NCBI RefSeq assembly: GCF_001194135.2
Contig: NC_068999.1
Location: 3,002,975 to 3,066,974 of the forward strand
DNA: 64,000 bases
DNA from: Octopus bimaculoides
Lineage: Eukaryota
Reading direction: 5' to 3'
The position numbers and the translations under genes were made by a program. Of the stretch, positions 1 through 63,926 are shown in pieces (position 1 is the stretch's first letter; each line of letters starts with the position of its first letter). The notes under the pieces are model-generated. The model ran no database searches and was not told the DNA's origin. It saw only the letters and a list, made by a program, of their open reading frames with translations.

Positions 1-597
1 AACAATTGTTCGACACAACTTCACAAGCCAGCAATGCTCATGAATGTGTGAAGTATGGTTTTATCACTCTGCATGTATCTCAAACCTGGTGGCACTTCCA
101 TGCCTGTGGAGTTTGTTTAAAATTGATAAGGAGCCTCAATAGAACTGTCAAGCTGAGAATATATGTAAGCGACCCATAGAAGTCTCTGGTCCAAAATTCT
201 TCTGGAACAGACCAGCTAGTTTGTCCTCATGGATGCTTGGAGTTTTCCCAAGAATTTCATTCTCTTTACTCACCACTAGATCTCCATATATTACCTACAT
301 AAAACTTCCACTGTGTGTAATTGCCCAACTGGTAGAGAGAAGTAGGCAACTGACAACATTCCAGGTTCCAGGGTATCTTACCTTGGTCTTTCCTTGATCC
401 AGGAGATGAAGATAAGGCAGAATCATACAAAATGAATTGTGTCATTTATCATTATTTCAACATTAACTGAACCTGAAGGCTTTATCATTAGTTATAACAT
501 CTCCACCACCTAACAATTTTTGATATTTTCTTGTAAGATTTATGAGTTTATTTTAAATATTTCATTAAATATATTTCCATTTGATAACATCGCTTTA

Positions 598-1364
598 TAT
601 GAGGGTGAGTCAAGAAGTAATTCCATTTTCTTTATTTCATGTGAAGTTTTTAATAAAAATAACTGGAGATTTTCTCAGTTATAAATGATTATATCATTTA
701 TGTTCTGAAATATTTTGTTTCCTACTTTTCAGGTTTTTAGACTAGTAAGGAAAATTCAAAATGGCTGCCCCCCTTAGAGTTACTTCAAAAACAAAGAGTA
801 GTGATTGAATTTCTTGTTGCTGAGGGGGAAACACCTGTAAACATTCACCGACGATTACAAAATGTCTTTGAGGACAATGCTTTAGATTATAGCAATGTAT
901 GCAGGTGGGTCCGTCGTCTGAAAGATGAGAAGGTGGGAACTGTGAGTGTAGCCGATAAACTCCCTTTCTGCCCATCCGTCCGCTTCTGTGAATCCTGCCA
1001 ATAAATCAAAAGCAGATGCTCTGATCAGAGAAGACAGGCGCTTAACTCTTGATGAGATGGCAGAAAACCTTGAAGTGAGCCATGGAAGTGCTTACAACAT
1101 TGTCGAATCACTTGGCTTGATGAGGAAGTGAAAACTGTAGTGAAGAAATGGCTCAAAGAACAGTCAACAGAATTTTACGGGGCAGGGATACATGCTCTCA
1201 TTCGAAGGTGGAACATTGTTATTGAGAGAAACAGTGACTATGTTGAGAAGTAGGGATGTGATCCACAGAGGACCGGCTTCATTTTGATGTATGATACATG
1301 TTCCTGTGTTGGTAATTATACCTGTCCTAAACAAAATGCCATTACCTTTTGACTCACCTTCGTA
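598..1364 (+). mobile_element. Internally deleted mariner element (HTH N-terminus and C-terminus of transposase retained, catalytic core missing)
   Basis: TIRs TATGAGGGTGAGTCAA / TTGACTCACCTTCGTA including terminal TA. Translated remnants VIEFLVAEGETPVNIHRRLQNVF...VCRWVRRLK and DEEVKTVVKKWL...RNSDYVEK*. Confidence 0.85.
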
Positions 1365-1564
1365 TATTTGCATTTTATATCTTGATAAGTGCTACAACCA
1401 GAATTATATTTTCTAATTTTTTTTTTGTGTGTGTCATCCTGCTTCTGTTTTATATCCCTATTTAAATACCGTTGCAGAACACATTAAATAACAATTAAAT
1501 GAAACAATTTCGTTTAATGCATTTCTATGATAATTAATGACACAAATAATATGAAGAGGTTCAA

Positions 1565-1800
1565 AGGCGGTCAGCTGGTCAGTTGGCAGAAATGTTAGCA
1601 CGCTGCATGAAATGCTTAGCGGTATTTCATCTGCTCAGTATTTCGACCCCCAGTGTTCAGCTGGTACTTATTTCATCAACCCCCGAAAAGATGAAAAGCA
1701 AAGTCGACCTTGGTGGAATTTGAACTCAGAACATAGCAACAAGCGAAATACTGCTAAGCATTTTGTCCAGTGTGTTAACAACTCTGCCAGCTCACCGCCT
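1565..1800. mobile_element. Two opposed fragments of an abundant tRNA-derived SINE family
   Basis: Matches the copies at 38630, 47880, 50790 and 53800 (ggcagaa..gttagcacgc..gaaatgcttagcggtatttc..gaactcagaa). Confidence 0.7.
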
Positions 1801-1811
1801 TATAAATAACA

Positions 1812-1854
<43 letters not shown>

Positions 1855-1921
1855 TAGTAGTAGTAGTAGTAGTAGTAGTAACAATAATAATATGTGAGGC
1901 AATACATGAGGAAAGACTTAC

Positions 1922-52003
<50,082 letters not shown>

Positions 52004-52006
<3 letters not shown>

Positions 52007-52140
52007 GTTTGAAACAGGAATGGCAAAGAAGTTAACAGCAACAACAGCAGCAGCTGCAGCAGCACTCCATACGAACGAACAACAAGCACTGTTGCACTGT
52101 CAGACGTCTCCTGCCTTACTGTGATGAATCTTTGAGACAC
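52004..52140 (-). other. Putative exon 1: 5'UTR ending in the start codon (CAAAC-ATG|gtaagt); upstream boundary approximate
   Basis: Consensus donor GTAAGT at 51998-52003 directly after the ATG (52004-52006). The phase-0 join to exon 2 gives a signal peptide. Confidence 0.7.
52032..52070 (-). other. uORF MECCCSCCCCCC* in the putative 5'UTR
   Basis: ATG GAG TGC TGC TGC AGC TGC TGC TGT TGT TGC TGT TAA. It ends 25 nt before the main ATG and is out of frame with it. Confidence 0.5.
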
Positions 52141-52169
52141 GCTGCTGAAATACTTCCCATCATTACCGC

Positions 52170-52212
52170 TTGTCACGTCAGCCCAAACCTTTCCAGCTTG
52201 TTGGATTGGTTA
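52170..52212 (-). promoter_or_regulatory. Candidate proximal promoter motifs: CCAAT box (52205-52209) and CRE/ATF-like TGACGTGA (52173-52180)
   Basis: The motifs lie just upstream of the putative first exon. Short motifs can occur by chance. Confidence 0.35.
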
Positions 52213-52336
52213 AATATCTCTAAACCGAACCAAGTAGTCGGCCTCATATTCTTGCAGACCCTCTTCTACACATGTTTACCAAAAACATTGGCACTTTTCT
52301 TTCTTCTTTTTTTTTCTTCTTCTATTGTTATTATTG

Positions 52337-52407
<71 letters not shown>

Positions 52408-52484
52408 TAATGTTTCCCATCTGCTTTTTTTTTTTCATCTTGGTTTCTTTTCTGTTTAATATTCTTTTAGTCTTTCACACTTAG

Positions 52485-52845
52485 TTCAGTCATTTGATTG
52501 CGGCCGGCCATGCTGGGGCACCACTTCGAAGGTCTTTAGTCGAACAAATCGACTCCCAAGGCTAATAACTTATTCTGTCTGCTCCTTTTGCTGAACTGCT
52601 AAGTTAACGGGGATGTAAACACACCAACCGTTTGTCCAGCAGTGGTGGGGGAGAAACACACACATACACACATGCACACACACACACACACATACATATA
52701 TACGACGAGTTTCTTTCAGTTTCCGTCACAAGGCTTTGGTCGGCCCAAGGCTATAGTAGAAGACACTTGCCCAAGTTGCCACGCAGTGGGACTGAACCCG
52801 GAACCATGTGGTTGGTAAGCAAGTTACTTACCACACAGTTACGGC
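52485..52845 (+). mobile_element. Third SINE-like family; partial second copy at about 53262-53385
   Basis: Shared ttcagtcatttga(c/t)tgcggcc..gggcaccac..tttagtcgaacaaatcga..acttattct. Confidence 0.65.
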
Positions 52846-53659
52846 TGCGTCTTTATCTTTATTTTTCTCTCTTAAGATCTTCTTCTTCTTCTTCTTCCTT
52901 GCTCGTGCTATCAATCTACAACTACAGAGTCTAGCCCCATTTATCCACCCCTATTTCGCCGTTCTCATTCACATTTTATAAAATTTACTGAAGAACGGTT
53001 TTAATCCCGAAAGAGGAAAAGTTCTTTCTGCTGCATCTACAACGAAATTTTCCTCCTCATGGCGGCCACAAGAAAAAGGATACCTTTCGGCTTTTCGTTG
53101 TGAAAGAAAGCCGCCAGATCGAACATTACAGAAACTTGGATCCGTCTCTCAAATGATCACATGCACAGACACCAATCGAGTATCGAAAGGTTTCAATACC
53201 TGTGAACAGTTCAGATAGATTCGACTGAGGGCGGCTCTGACATGTTAACGCCCCTCTGTAGCTCTTGTTTCACTCATTTGACTGCGGCCATACTGGGACA
53301 CCACCTTGAAAGGCTTTAGTCGAACAAATCGATCCCAGAACTAATACTTATTCTATCTGTCTCATTTGCCGAACCGCTATATGACCAATACAAACCGAGC
53401 TGTATTGGTAACTGTTCATAATATCCGGCGAGAAAGCCTTTCAGAGAGACAACTCAAACTAACATTTGTCCTAGATTATCTACTGATAATCAATCCTTTA
53501 GATTTGCTACTCTGTCTGTCAGTATTTCTAGCGATAATCTTTTGACCAACATTTTAAAGGTCTAACATTATCAACATATCGTTTCTGTTTTGGACCTTTA
53601 GATTGTTCAACCTCGTTCAGTCTGTTTTATGTCTCTCTATCATGATATATATATATATA

Positions 53660-53957
53660 TAATTTATCGACCCTGAAAGGAAAAGTCGACCTCGGAGGAA
53701 TCTGAACTCAGAATGCAACGACAGACGAAATACCGCTAAGCGTGCTAACGTTTCTGCTAGCTCGCCGTCTTAAAAAAATGTAGAAATTTTTGATTAGATC
53801 GACTCCAGTATGCAACTGCTACTTAATTTATCGGCCCCGGAAGGATGAAAGGTAAAGTCGACCTCGGCGGAATTTGAACTCAGAACGTAAAGACGGACGA
53901 AATAATGTTAAGGAATTTCGGATGGCGTGTTAACAATTCTGCCAGCTCGCCGCCTTA
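53660..53957 (-). mobile_element. Two adjacent SINE copies
   Basis: aaagtcgacctcgg(a/c)ggaat(c/t)tgaactcagaa..ccagctcgccg occurs twice. Confidence 0.75.
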
Positions 53958-54585
53958 CGTCAATGTGAAAATTAAAACATCCTTTAATGAGATGCCTAAT
54001 AACCTGAACAACAACAAAAGTGATAATCTTAGCAACGGCAACTCATCGTAGAATTAAGAACACCGACACATTTATGATAGTCGCAATAAGATCGGTAGTC
54101 TTCAGTTAGCCTTGGTAGACTTGCCTTTTGCTTCACATGGAATACGATATTGTTTAGATATTCGTTTAGATATTCGTATCAGAAACCTGTTGAGTTTGTT
54201 TGGTCTATAAATCTCTGGTGAACTTCTTTTACAATTCACACAAGTCCTCGGCACTCTCTCACCATTCTCTCATTCTCTCTCTTCTTCTCTGTCCAATATA
54301 TTACGCAATGGTTGGCCATAATTCTCACTTCTTTGACGATATCTCTGGATTTATATATTTAAAGCTACCATTCTTGTTCCAAATATTTCACTCCCATAGA
54401 CATTATTTATTTGAACAGTCTTACCAATTCTCATGTTATGTAATATTCTATTTGTTTTGTATATGCTAGTATTCAACTGAATTCTGTCTATTTTCTTGTC
54501 TGGTCTTCTACAAATTGTTTTCCTTCAAGTGTCGACCATTCCCGCTGTTATTTTTACTCCCTCACTTTCCCTCTCCCCTCTCCTC

Positions 54586-54672
<87 letters not shown>

Positions 54673-55549
54673 ATATATCTACCTCTCTCTCCTGTTACTT
54701 CACTTTTCTTTTATTGTGTTTATTAGTTTTTTTTTTTTATTTCTTCGAAAATTCTAGATACTCAGTTACACATATTTCAAGACTTACCATTTTCCCTTAT
54801 CTCTAACATCATTACATACGTCAACAAGCAATATTTTCTAGTTGCTCCAACTTGATCACATAGTTACTGTTCGGTTGGAATGGAGAATCCTCTCTCATTT
54901 TCCAAGTGTAAGATAAATTAAAAAAAGAAAATATTGATAGAACTAGCCTTTTTTTCCTTGTTTGATAAAAATATTGTCTTAAATTCACTCGAAGGACACG
55001 CACTGATTGAGTTAGGTGCCACAAACATTGATAAACTCAAAGAACTATCGCAGAAATATAAGCATATTCTGGACTGGATCACTTGAGATTTGAAACCACA
55101 TCTTCCAGCTTCACTATAGGAATGGAACTGTGGATGATTCTGGTTGTTGAGCCAGTTAAATGGCCAAAGACAGAACAAATGACAGAATTATCGTACAGAT
55201 ATTTTTTGTGGAAAAGTCTACAAAATGGTTCTTTATTTTATGCAACGTCGTTCAGTAAAATGTTACAGAATGTGGTTGTTCGTGCTAAGCTTTTAGTGTA
55301 AAAACATGATTGCCTCTGAAGAGAATGTCATCTTCAACTCCAATTTATTAACATTGTCTCTAAGTTACTTCAGTCACATTGAGTGATTCATCTTTCAGAT
55401 GATGGTCAACGGTTTGGTCAGCGAATCATGGAATAGATTCTCTGGAATCTCCAGTCTGAGAATTTGATCACTCAGTCGTCATGATCGCCAACTCTTGCTT
55501 CAATTATATACATGTGGATCCACTTGGTGCACTGCCTTCATGAACCGGT

Positions 55550-55602
<53 letters not shown>

Positions 55603-55651
55603 ATACATGTATATACATATATGTCTGCGCATACATACATATGTACATACA

Positions 55652-55682
<31 letters not shown>

Positions 55683-56128
55683 GTAGACAGATAGATGAAT
55701 AGGTAGACAGATGTATATAAAGGGAGGGCGAGTGAGAGAGGGAGAGATGGAAACACCCTATGACTCATGATGTCGTCTGTCTTTTTGTCTACAAACCATT
55801 CCAAATATTTTCTCCTTATCAACTTAGACAACCACCACCACCACCACCACCACCACCACTTCTAGTCTTCCTTCCTCTACTACTACTACTACTACTACTA
55901 CTATTACTACTACCGTGTGCGCGTGGGAAGTGAATATGAATTAAGTGACCGGTTAGTTAAGTGCTTGGAATGTCAGGAAGCGAACGAGCAGATTGCCTTA
56001 GAATTTCGGACCGGATGCGATCCATCGACTCCTCTCTTAAAAGAACGTCAACCTATCAGTGAACCTAACTGGGACTCTCCTTAGACGCACTCACACACAC
56101 ACTCACATACAAACACACACATACACGC

Positions 56129-56183
<55 letters not shown>

Positions 56184-56599
56184 ATGAGTGTGAGTGTGAT
56201 GAGTGTGTGTGTGTGTGTGTGTGTGTATGTATACGCGTATATATGCATGATACATGCATTTCTAGAATGCACATAAACACGGCCTCATTAGTATTTGAAC
56301 ACCCAAATTTCCTGGCATCTAAAGCTGCAAGAGATTTTTTCTTTTTCTTTTCTGCTTTTAACATCTGATATTTCAGGTACCTGAGATCGAATCCCACCTC
56401 TATACACTTTCATTTTCATTCTCATTTGGGAGTTGTGGCTGTTGTGGTTGTTGTTTAGCCCCAGGCCTGTCTTCATCCACGAGACCTATGATCAATAGCA
56501 TTCCGTCTGCAGAAATAATGTTTTACTTTCAAACCGACACAGTGTATCTAAGACTATATAATTTAGTGTGTTTCTCCCTTAAGCTGTTTTGGTATAATA

Positions 56600-57275
56600 C
56601 GAGGTCTGATCAATAAGTATCCGGACTGTTGCTATAGTAACGAAGCTAAAGCACGCAGAGTTGAAGCCGCTTGGCACAGATTGACCTTGAACTCTGCTGT
56701 GCATGCGCGCTAAGTTTTATCATTCTAACTGACTTCCGCTTTTTACAGCAGTGCTTGGAAGGAATGTGGATACCGTGTACTCGTGGCATTGACCATGACA
56801 GAGAAAGTTGTCATTGTGATACCTGCTCAGAGACCTATGCAAAGTTACAGAAAGTGTATGGAGAGGAGTGTGTGAGCCACACACAAGTGTACGAATGGTT
56901 CAGACGTTTCTAAGATGGCCGAAACAATGTCGATATTCACGAACGTTCTGGGAGACCTGCGACCAGCAAGACTGAGAAAAATATCGCAAATGTGCATGCA
57001 TCTGTGAAGGGAAATCATTGAATCACCGTCTGTGAGTTATCAGAGGAGGTGCAGATTAGTTACGGTTCAGTTCAGTCCATTATCGCTGAAGATTTGGATA
57101 TGTCAAAACTGCTTTCAGCTGACCAGGAAGACATTTGGGTTTCAGTGGCACAAGATCTCCTTGATTGTGTCGAGAACGATGAAAAGTTTTTGAAAACTTT
57201 ACGTAGGCCGCTGAGTAGGTATTGCCAAGCTTTTGGCAGAATTTGATGCAGATTCTCTGCTCAACTTTCTCTTTT
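56600..57275 (+). mobile_element. Second copy of the 37174 mariner family, right end truncated
   Basis: TA-CGAGGTCTGATCAATAAGTATCC left TIR; remnant DTCSETYAKLQKVYGEECVSHTQVYEWFRRF. Confidence 0.85.
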
Positions 57276-57365
57276 AATTGTTTAATTTTTAATCGTTATA
57301 TATATTGTTTACACGTTGTAGAACCCATTGTATCGTCCTGTTTTGGGAGTCTTTTTATATTAAAA

Positions 57366-57657
57366 CAGTGGTTCCCAAACTTTTTCAGGTTGCAGCCTCC
57401 TTGACACTCGAGCCACATCCTCCCCCCCCCCACTCAGCATTACAAACGTAGACAATTTTCTGCAGCAAATTCAGAACGACAGTATTTCAAAAATAAAACT
57501 TAACCTAATTAAACCATTCTTTTGGGGGTGAAGGGTTACATCCATCAACCCCTTTTGGCCACACTATTATTGCCCTACTTTTCTTCTATGCTCCTCATGA
57601 TCTTTTCATTGATCACAACGAAGTGGGGGGCAGTATCGCTCACTTTGGGAAGCACAG
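57366..57657. mobile_element. hAT (Charlie-type) MITE with intact 8-bp target-site duplication
   Basis: TIRs CAGTGGTTCCCAAAC / CTTTGGGAAGCACAG, flanked on both sides by TATTAAAA (57358-57365 and 57658-57665). Confidence 0.85.
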
Positions 57658-60321
57658 TATTAAAACTTAACAGTAAAACGCTTTCTTCGGTTTAATAGTA
57701 AATGTTTATTTCATTTCTGTTAGCAACTACATCTGTGTTGCATGTTGTGTGTGTGTGTCTGTGTGTGTGTGTGTGTATGTGTGTGTGTGTTGTGTGTGTT
57801 GTGAGTTTTATGGTGTCTGTGTGTTTTTTTTTAGATAGATTTGTAGCCTGAATTCTTCAACAGTGTTGAACTAAAAAGACCGTTAGTGAAACCTTGTCAA
57901 TAATGGTACAATGAAATATCCTCCGAGGAAAATTATACGATGCACCACAGATATAGATATGATATACACATTGAGAGAAGGACACAGACACACACACACA
58001 CGTATATAAATGCAGACATACACTCACGTACACATGTTCTCAACCATACCCACGATCATATAAGAACATACATGTTTAAACACGCGCACATGTTTCTATA
58101 TAGGGATATATACGTTGTGTGTGTGTGTGCGTATTTGTGTGTGCATGCGTGTGTGTACGTGTGTGTGTGTGTGTGTGAGTGTTTAGAAAATGGAGTTATG
58201 CTGGTGTAAAATTTCAAGTACGTTCCGGCCTGCCCTACAGGCCAGCCGTACAGTAAAAATTAGTTGAACAACACAGTGGCCTCACCCCCTCATCCATCTC
58301 CTTCTCCCTCCCCTTCTTCCCCTTCTTACTGCCCAGAAGAAACGGTTAAGAAACGTGTTAAAACAGACATTTGCTATGAAATCAGCTTCAACTTGATACT
58401 ATACTTTGGTTCCCGTTTCTTCTTCTTCTTCTTCTTCTTCTTCTTCTTCTTCTTCTTCTTCTTCTTCTTCTTCTTCTTCTTCTTCTTCTCCTCCTCTTCC
58501 ACCTCCTCCCCGCCATCGTCTTCTGCTTAAAGATTATCTCAACTTATCCAACTCTCTCAACTTAATTCTAATTCTTTTCTCACCCCTATCTCTCGAGTTT
58601 GATAAAAACCCGTCAAAATTTAAGCAATCTTCTTGTTTTTTTTTCATTATTATTTTTTTTTTTTCTTCTCTTTATTTTAACATTTTCACTTGTCTGTGAT
58701 ACACTTGTCTGTTCTTTGTTTTTACGAGGGTCTAAAAAGAAAAAAATGTCTAAATGTTTTTTGTCAGTATTTACTGTAAACCGAAACCTCAGACATCTGC
58801 CGCAGTGTTGATGTCAACTCCTTACAAAGACGGACTCAAGTAAACTGCGAATATCATTCAACTAGAGTGGGGTGGGGTGGGAAAGAGATAACATACTCAA
58901 AAACTAAAACGACAAAAAGCGGGGCAATTGGTAGAGTTATTAAAGAGCGCTGGAGAGAACGCCTGGTGGTATTTGTCCTCACATTCGTTTGGCAACCATA
59001 ACATACCATCAAGTATATTAAAGGCTTACAAGTCAATATTTCCTCTAATTTTTGTCTTAGCTGTGCAATGTTCTCAGTTCTAAGTTTATCTCTACAAATT
59101 TTCTATAGAATTCAGAGCCAACACTGAAAGTTATGACGTTTCGTATATGAATACATCCATGTAAACAATGCAGTCAAAGATAGAAAACTTAGGTAATGGA
59201 TGTTTATGCATATTCCAAGAGTTATTACATTTTATATATGTTTGAAGAGACAGTAAACATACACTTACAAACAGTAACCCGTTTTATTCTCTGCAGAGGG
59301 AATGGGTGTAGAAACTTGTAGTTCTAGGGATGAAGTTTGGGTGAAGTGTTTAGAGTAGAATGCTATGACAAAGCTATGACATTGTATCTAATATAACACC
59401 GATAAGTTCAGTAACTCAAATGCAGCATGCCTCTATTGTTTTGTGGTAACAGTGACAGTATAGAGTGCTCTATGACGGATACGGGGTATGATCGATTACT
59501 CAGTTGAAAGTCAAAGTGAAATTGCCCAGTGAATGGTGTTAGATTTAATTGCTCAAAATTCTTTGTAAATGTGGACAACCTAACATAAAGTTGATGTTGT
59601 GATGATTATGGCGAACATTTGTGTACTTGTAAAGATAAACATGGAAAGACTGTTGTCAAGCTGAGATGGCAGAAGTGTGTCTGGTGGGTTATTGGTATTA
59701 ATATATATTCCAGATGTGACGGTAAGAAATTATGTGTACTAGAACTGACGGTAGAAATCAACTGTATTCTTTGACTGTCGAAATATTCTTGAAATTTAAG
59801 TATCTTCTTTCAGTGTCTGAGAGCCTCTATAAGTGTTGTGTTTGCGGAATCTCTTTCGATGTAGTAATACCATTTTATTTCGTCTATTGTAGTTTAGCTT
59901 CTATCAGAAAAGTTTACGGGTTCCTGAGCAGAGCTGGTAATTATCATAATAGATTATATTATAGTAATATAAGAGTTATATTACAGCAATAATTCAGTCA
60001 TATTATACGACGGAGTGCTGAAAAGTTTTGGCTTTAAGCTTTCCACGAAATGCTTGGTTGGAGGCCCAACCTTCCGAGTTCTTTTATAGAGCTTAGAAAT
60101 ACTGAAGGACCCCTGCAATAAGTGAGGGAATCTGCAGTATTGAAACAAAGTGTTTATATTTGTCTATACATACAGGGCTAGTTAAGCCTCTATAAGTATA
60201 TATTCTCAGCATTTAGACGAGATGTTTATATTTTGTTGTAATGTTATACACTGTATCACAGCTTTAGCCAAATCTCTCTCTCTCTCTCTCTCTCGCTACC
60301 CCTCTCTTTCTACACACACAC

Positions 60322-60391
<70 letters not shown>

Positions 60392-61237
60392 TCTTTTATA
60401 TGTTTCAGCCCTAAAGCTGTGGCCATCCTAGACCACTGCCAGTATATATATTTTCGTTTTGTAAGATTCTTGATGTGAAATCGTGTATTGAAACAGATAT
60501 TGTCGTATTTCGGCCATTTTTTGCCAAATAAACACACGTACTAAAGAGGTCACAGATGTGTGACGAAAGATTTCCGGACAATGGACATGACTTAAAATAA
60601 TAACATAAGAACAGTAATAAAACGAGTGAAGAAAATATATACAGTGCGTGTGTTTATTTGGCCCCCCAAAAATTACCATCCCGAAATACAATAATATATA
60701 TATATATATTTATATATACATATATATATACACTACAGTACAAAACGTTGTTAATGCTATTGAAACAAAACTCCGTTAATGTTACAACTAAATTATTAAC
60801 AAGAGGCGTGTTTGGATTTGCTTAAATTCTACAGAGATTTGTTGAAATTACAGGACATTGCTCCGACGCAATTTTCTTGACAGCATTGTCCTCTGTTTAG
60901 GCCAGTCTCTCTTAAGAAACAAAGATTACACATGTTTAGAACTTTTATTGAAGCTGTAGGCCTCTGTTAACATCTTGTTTTGAGTATCCAGTGGTGATAT
61001 AATATGAAAATATATATCATAATTGACACAGGCGGATAAGAAAGAAGAAAAGAGAAGGTACGGGGTGGCGAAGGAAATTAAATACAATATTTTCACGTTC
61101 CCGTAATCCTTTGGGATTATTTAATCCACTCTCACTTACGAATACTCGCACATGCACACACTCAGACACACACACACATTTTCTTTCTCTCTTCCTCCCC
61201 CTCTCACTCACTCGCTCACTCCTGCACGCACACACGT

Positions 61238-61269
<32 letters not shown>

Positions 61270-61487
61270 ACACTCGTACGCACGCGCGCGCACACCGAAC
61301 TATAGCAAAGGTCATTGCTGAAACCCCAAGAGGAAATCTAATATTTTAGAACATTTCTGCCTTTTTTTTTTTTTGGCAAAGGTTCTTATTTCTATTGCTT
61401 CCACTTGGCCAAACCTAACTCACAGCTTCTCACATTTCGTGTCATTTTGGCTCCTCATATTTCAGATTTGCTTTGTGTGAATAAATA

Positions 61488-61858
61488 TGTAGTAACGCCG
61501 TGCGCATGCGTAGTCTCACGCATGCGTAGAATTAAACAACCAAGTGTTCCCGCTCAATTCATTCTCTTTCTTGCTAGCCAGCGATTGAGCATGGACGTGG
61601 TTAAGCTGTCTCTCAACATCTTTCTCTTTTACGGTTGGCCGACCATGAGCATTGGACGTGGTTAAGCTGTCTCTCTACATCTTTCGGACTTACACTCGAC
61701 AGCTCGCTCGCAACTGCATACCCACGTCCCAACAACTATGCTCATACACACAGAAGCTGTAACAACAAGAAGTAAAGATGTATATATTTACCACCTGAAT
61801 AAAAGTTGTTTAAGTTGATAGTCTGGAGTTCAGCGTTCCGTTATATTCTTTAATTACA
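61488..61858 (+). mobile_element. Probable solo LTR
   Basis: TGTAGT...ATTACA termini, AATAAA near 61798, internal 23-bp direct repeat (61592-61614, 61653-61675); no TSD found. Confidence 0.45.
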
Positions 61859-62109
61859 TAGTAGGAAAGTCAGGTATACATCTAAAGATGTATAACCCTC
61901 TCCTCCGCAATCCCTGGCCCAGCACCAAAATATGAAACCAGTAATGGTGTAATTCTTCATAATTTACTTTTGGTATTCCATAGTATAATTTATGGAAATT
62001 CTCATTACTTCTTTTGTGACAAGACGAAACTCGTGGCTAATTATTTGCTTCAAGTTTTGGCACAAGGCCAGCAAATTTGGGGGAGGGTGCGAATCGATTA
62101 CATCGATCC

Positions 62110-62196
<87 letters not shown>

Positions 62197-63926
62197 CCTT
62201 TATCCATATATATGTCAACACGTACATATATGCGAATACACACATTCATACAGTTAAACATACACATACAGATGCCGGCCTTTGTACCTGCCTTAGTGCA
62301 TGTGGACGTATTATAAGAACGGCGTCATATGCACTATTCGTTTTTCAAACACAAAACGTCTCTTCAAGATTCTCTCTCAAGACGAATACCGCAGTATTAC
62401 GGCGTTCTTATAATGTATCCACGTCAAATGGAAGATGAAAATTGATACATACTTACATACACACACACACATATATATACATACATAATACTTACACACA
62501 TACATACACAAACACATATGTTTATGTATTCTAATATACGCATCTAGTATATAATACACAACCGCCACCACTCTCATTATCATTATCACTGTCACCATCA
62601 ATATTATCTTTGCCACGCCCATCACCATCATCATCACCACCACCACCACCACTAGCACCAGCACCACTACCGCTACCACCCCACCACCACCGCTACAGCA
62701 GATGCTGCCGCCACCACCTCCGTCGCCACTATATTTCCATTCTGACATTTTCCATCCTGCCGTTTCCCCTCCACCTACATTTCTTTCTCATCATTACCAG
62801 ATTTCGTTGTTTGTTGAACCACTCACTGATGGAATTGGTCACTCTCTCCACCACGTAACACACACATACATATATACGCATACACACACACATATCTATA
62901 TACACACAAACACATATATATATACACACACACATATATACAAACGCATGCACAAATACCCTTACGTAATCTCTCTTTCTCTCTCTCTCTCTCTCTCTCA
63001 CACACAGATAGATGCACTTCCTTTAAGTTTTAAAAGTAAAATAATGGCAGAAAGAATTTGAAACGAACCCACAGAACTGGTTTTGTGGCGATTTACTATT
63101 GATTTATCATTCTTGACCACCTCGATGTCCAAAAAATACTTCGATTGTCCTTCTTTAGTCATTCACCTGGCTGACCAATGAGTTCCTTGGTGACCTTTTT
63201 TGACCGGCTTTACGTAGCGCTTCNNNNNNNNNNNNNNNNNNNNNNNNNNNNNNNNNNNNNNNNNNNNNNNNNNNNNNNNNNNNNNNNNNNNNNNNNNNNN
63301 NNNNNNNNNNNNNNNNNNNNNNNNNNNNNNNNNNNNNNNNNNNNNNNNNNNNNNNNNNNNNNNNNNNNNNNNNNNNNNNNNNNNNNNNNNNNNNNNNNNN
63401 NNNNNNNNNNNNNNNNNNNNNNNNNNNNNNNNNNNNNNNNNNNNNNNNNNNNNNNNNNNNNNNNNNNNNNNNNNNNNNNNNNNNNNNNNNNNNNNNNNNN
63501 NACGGATAATTTACCTACGGCGGGAACTTTGAATGAGAAAGAAGGCACAAATACAGCCAAGAATCTTACCTGGTGTTTCTAACGACTTCTAATACAATAA
63601 ATGCAAAAACTAATGACACTCTTACTATTCTTCATGATGGGGTGAGAGTAATAGTAGGCATAGAGACAGTGAGGGCTAACTCCGTGAGTAAATAAAAAAC
63701 ATTCCAGGCCAAATCCAGACCTGCAATCATGAAATTTTGGATTCCTATGTTTTCATGACTGTAATTGTTTTCGGCGTTTTTTTTTTTACATGATTTTTTT
63801 GCGACGAATCTGATCATCATTGGTATATGACTCTGGAGGAAGCAATTGCAACAAATTCTGCAAAACAAGTCAGAGATCTGTTTGCAAATATTTCCCATCC
63901 GGGGTCAGTTGCTTAAAAGCTATATA

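Noticed and set aside
382-473. Possible further exon (ccttcag..CAAG|gtaaga)
   Set aside because: In-frame TGA in the phase-1 frame and a weak pyrimidine tract; not supportable.
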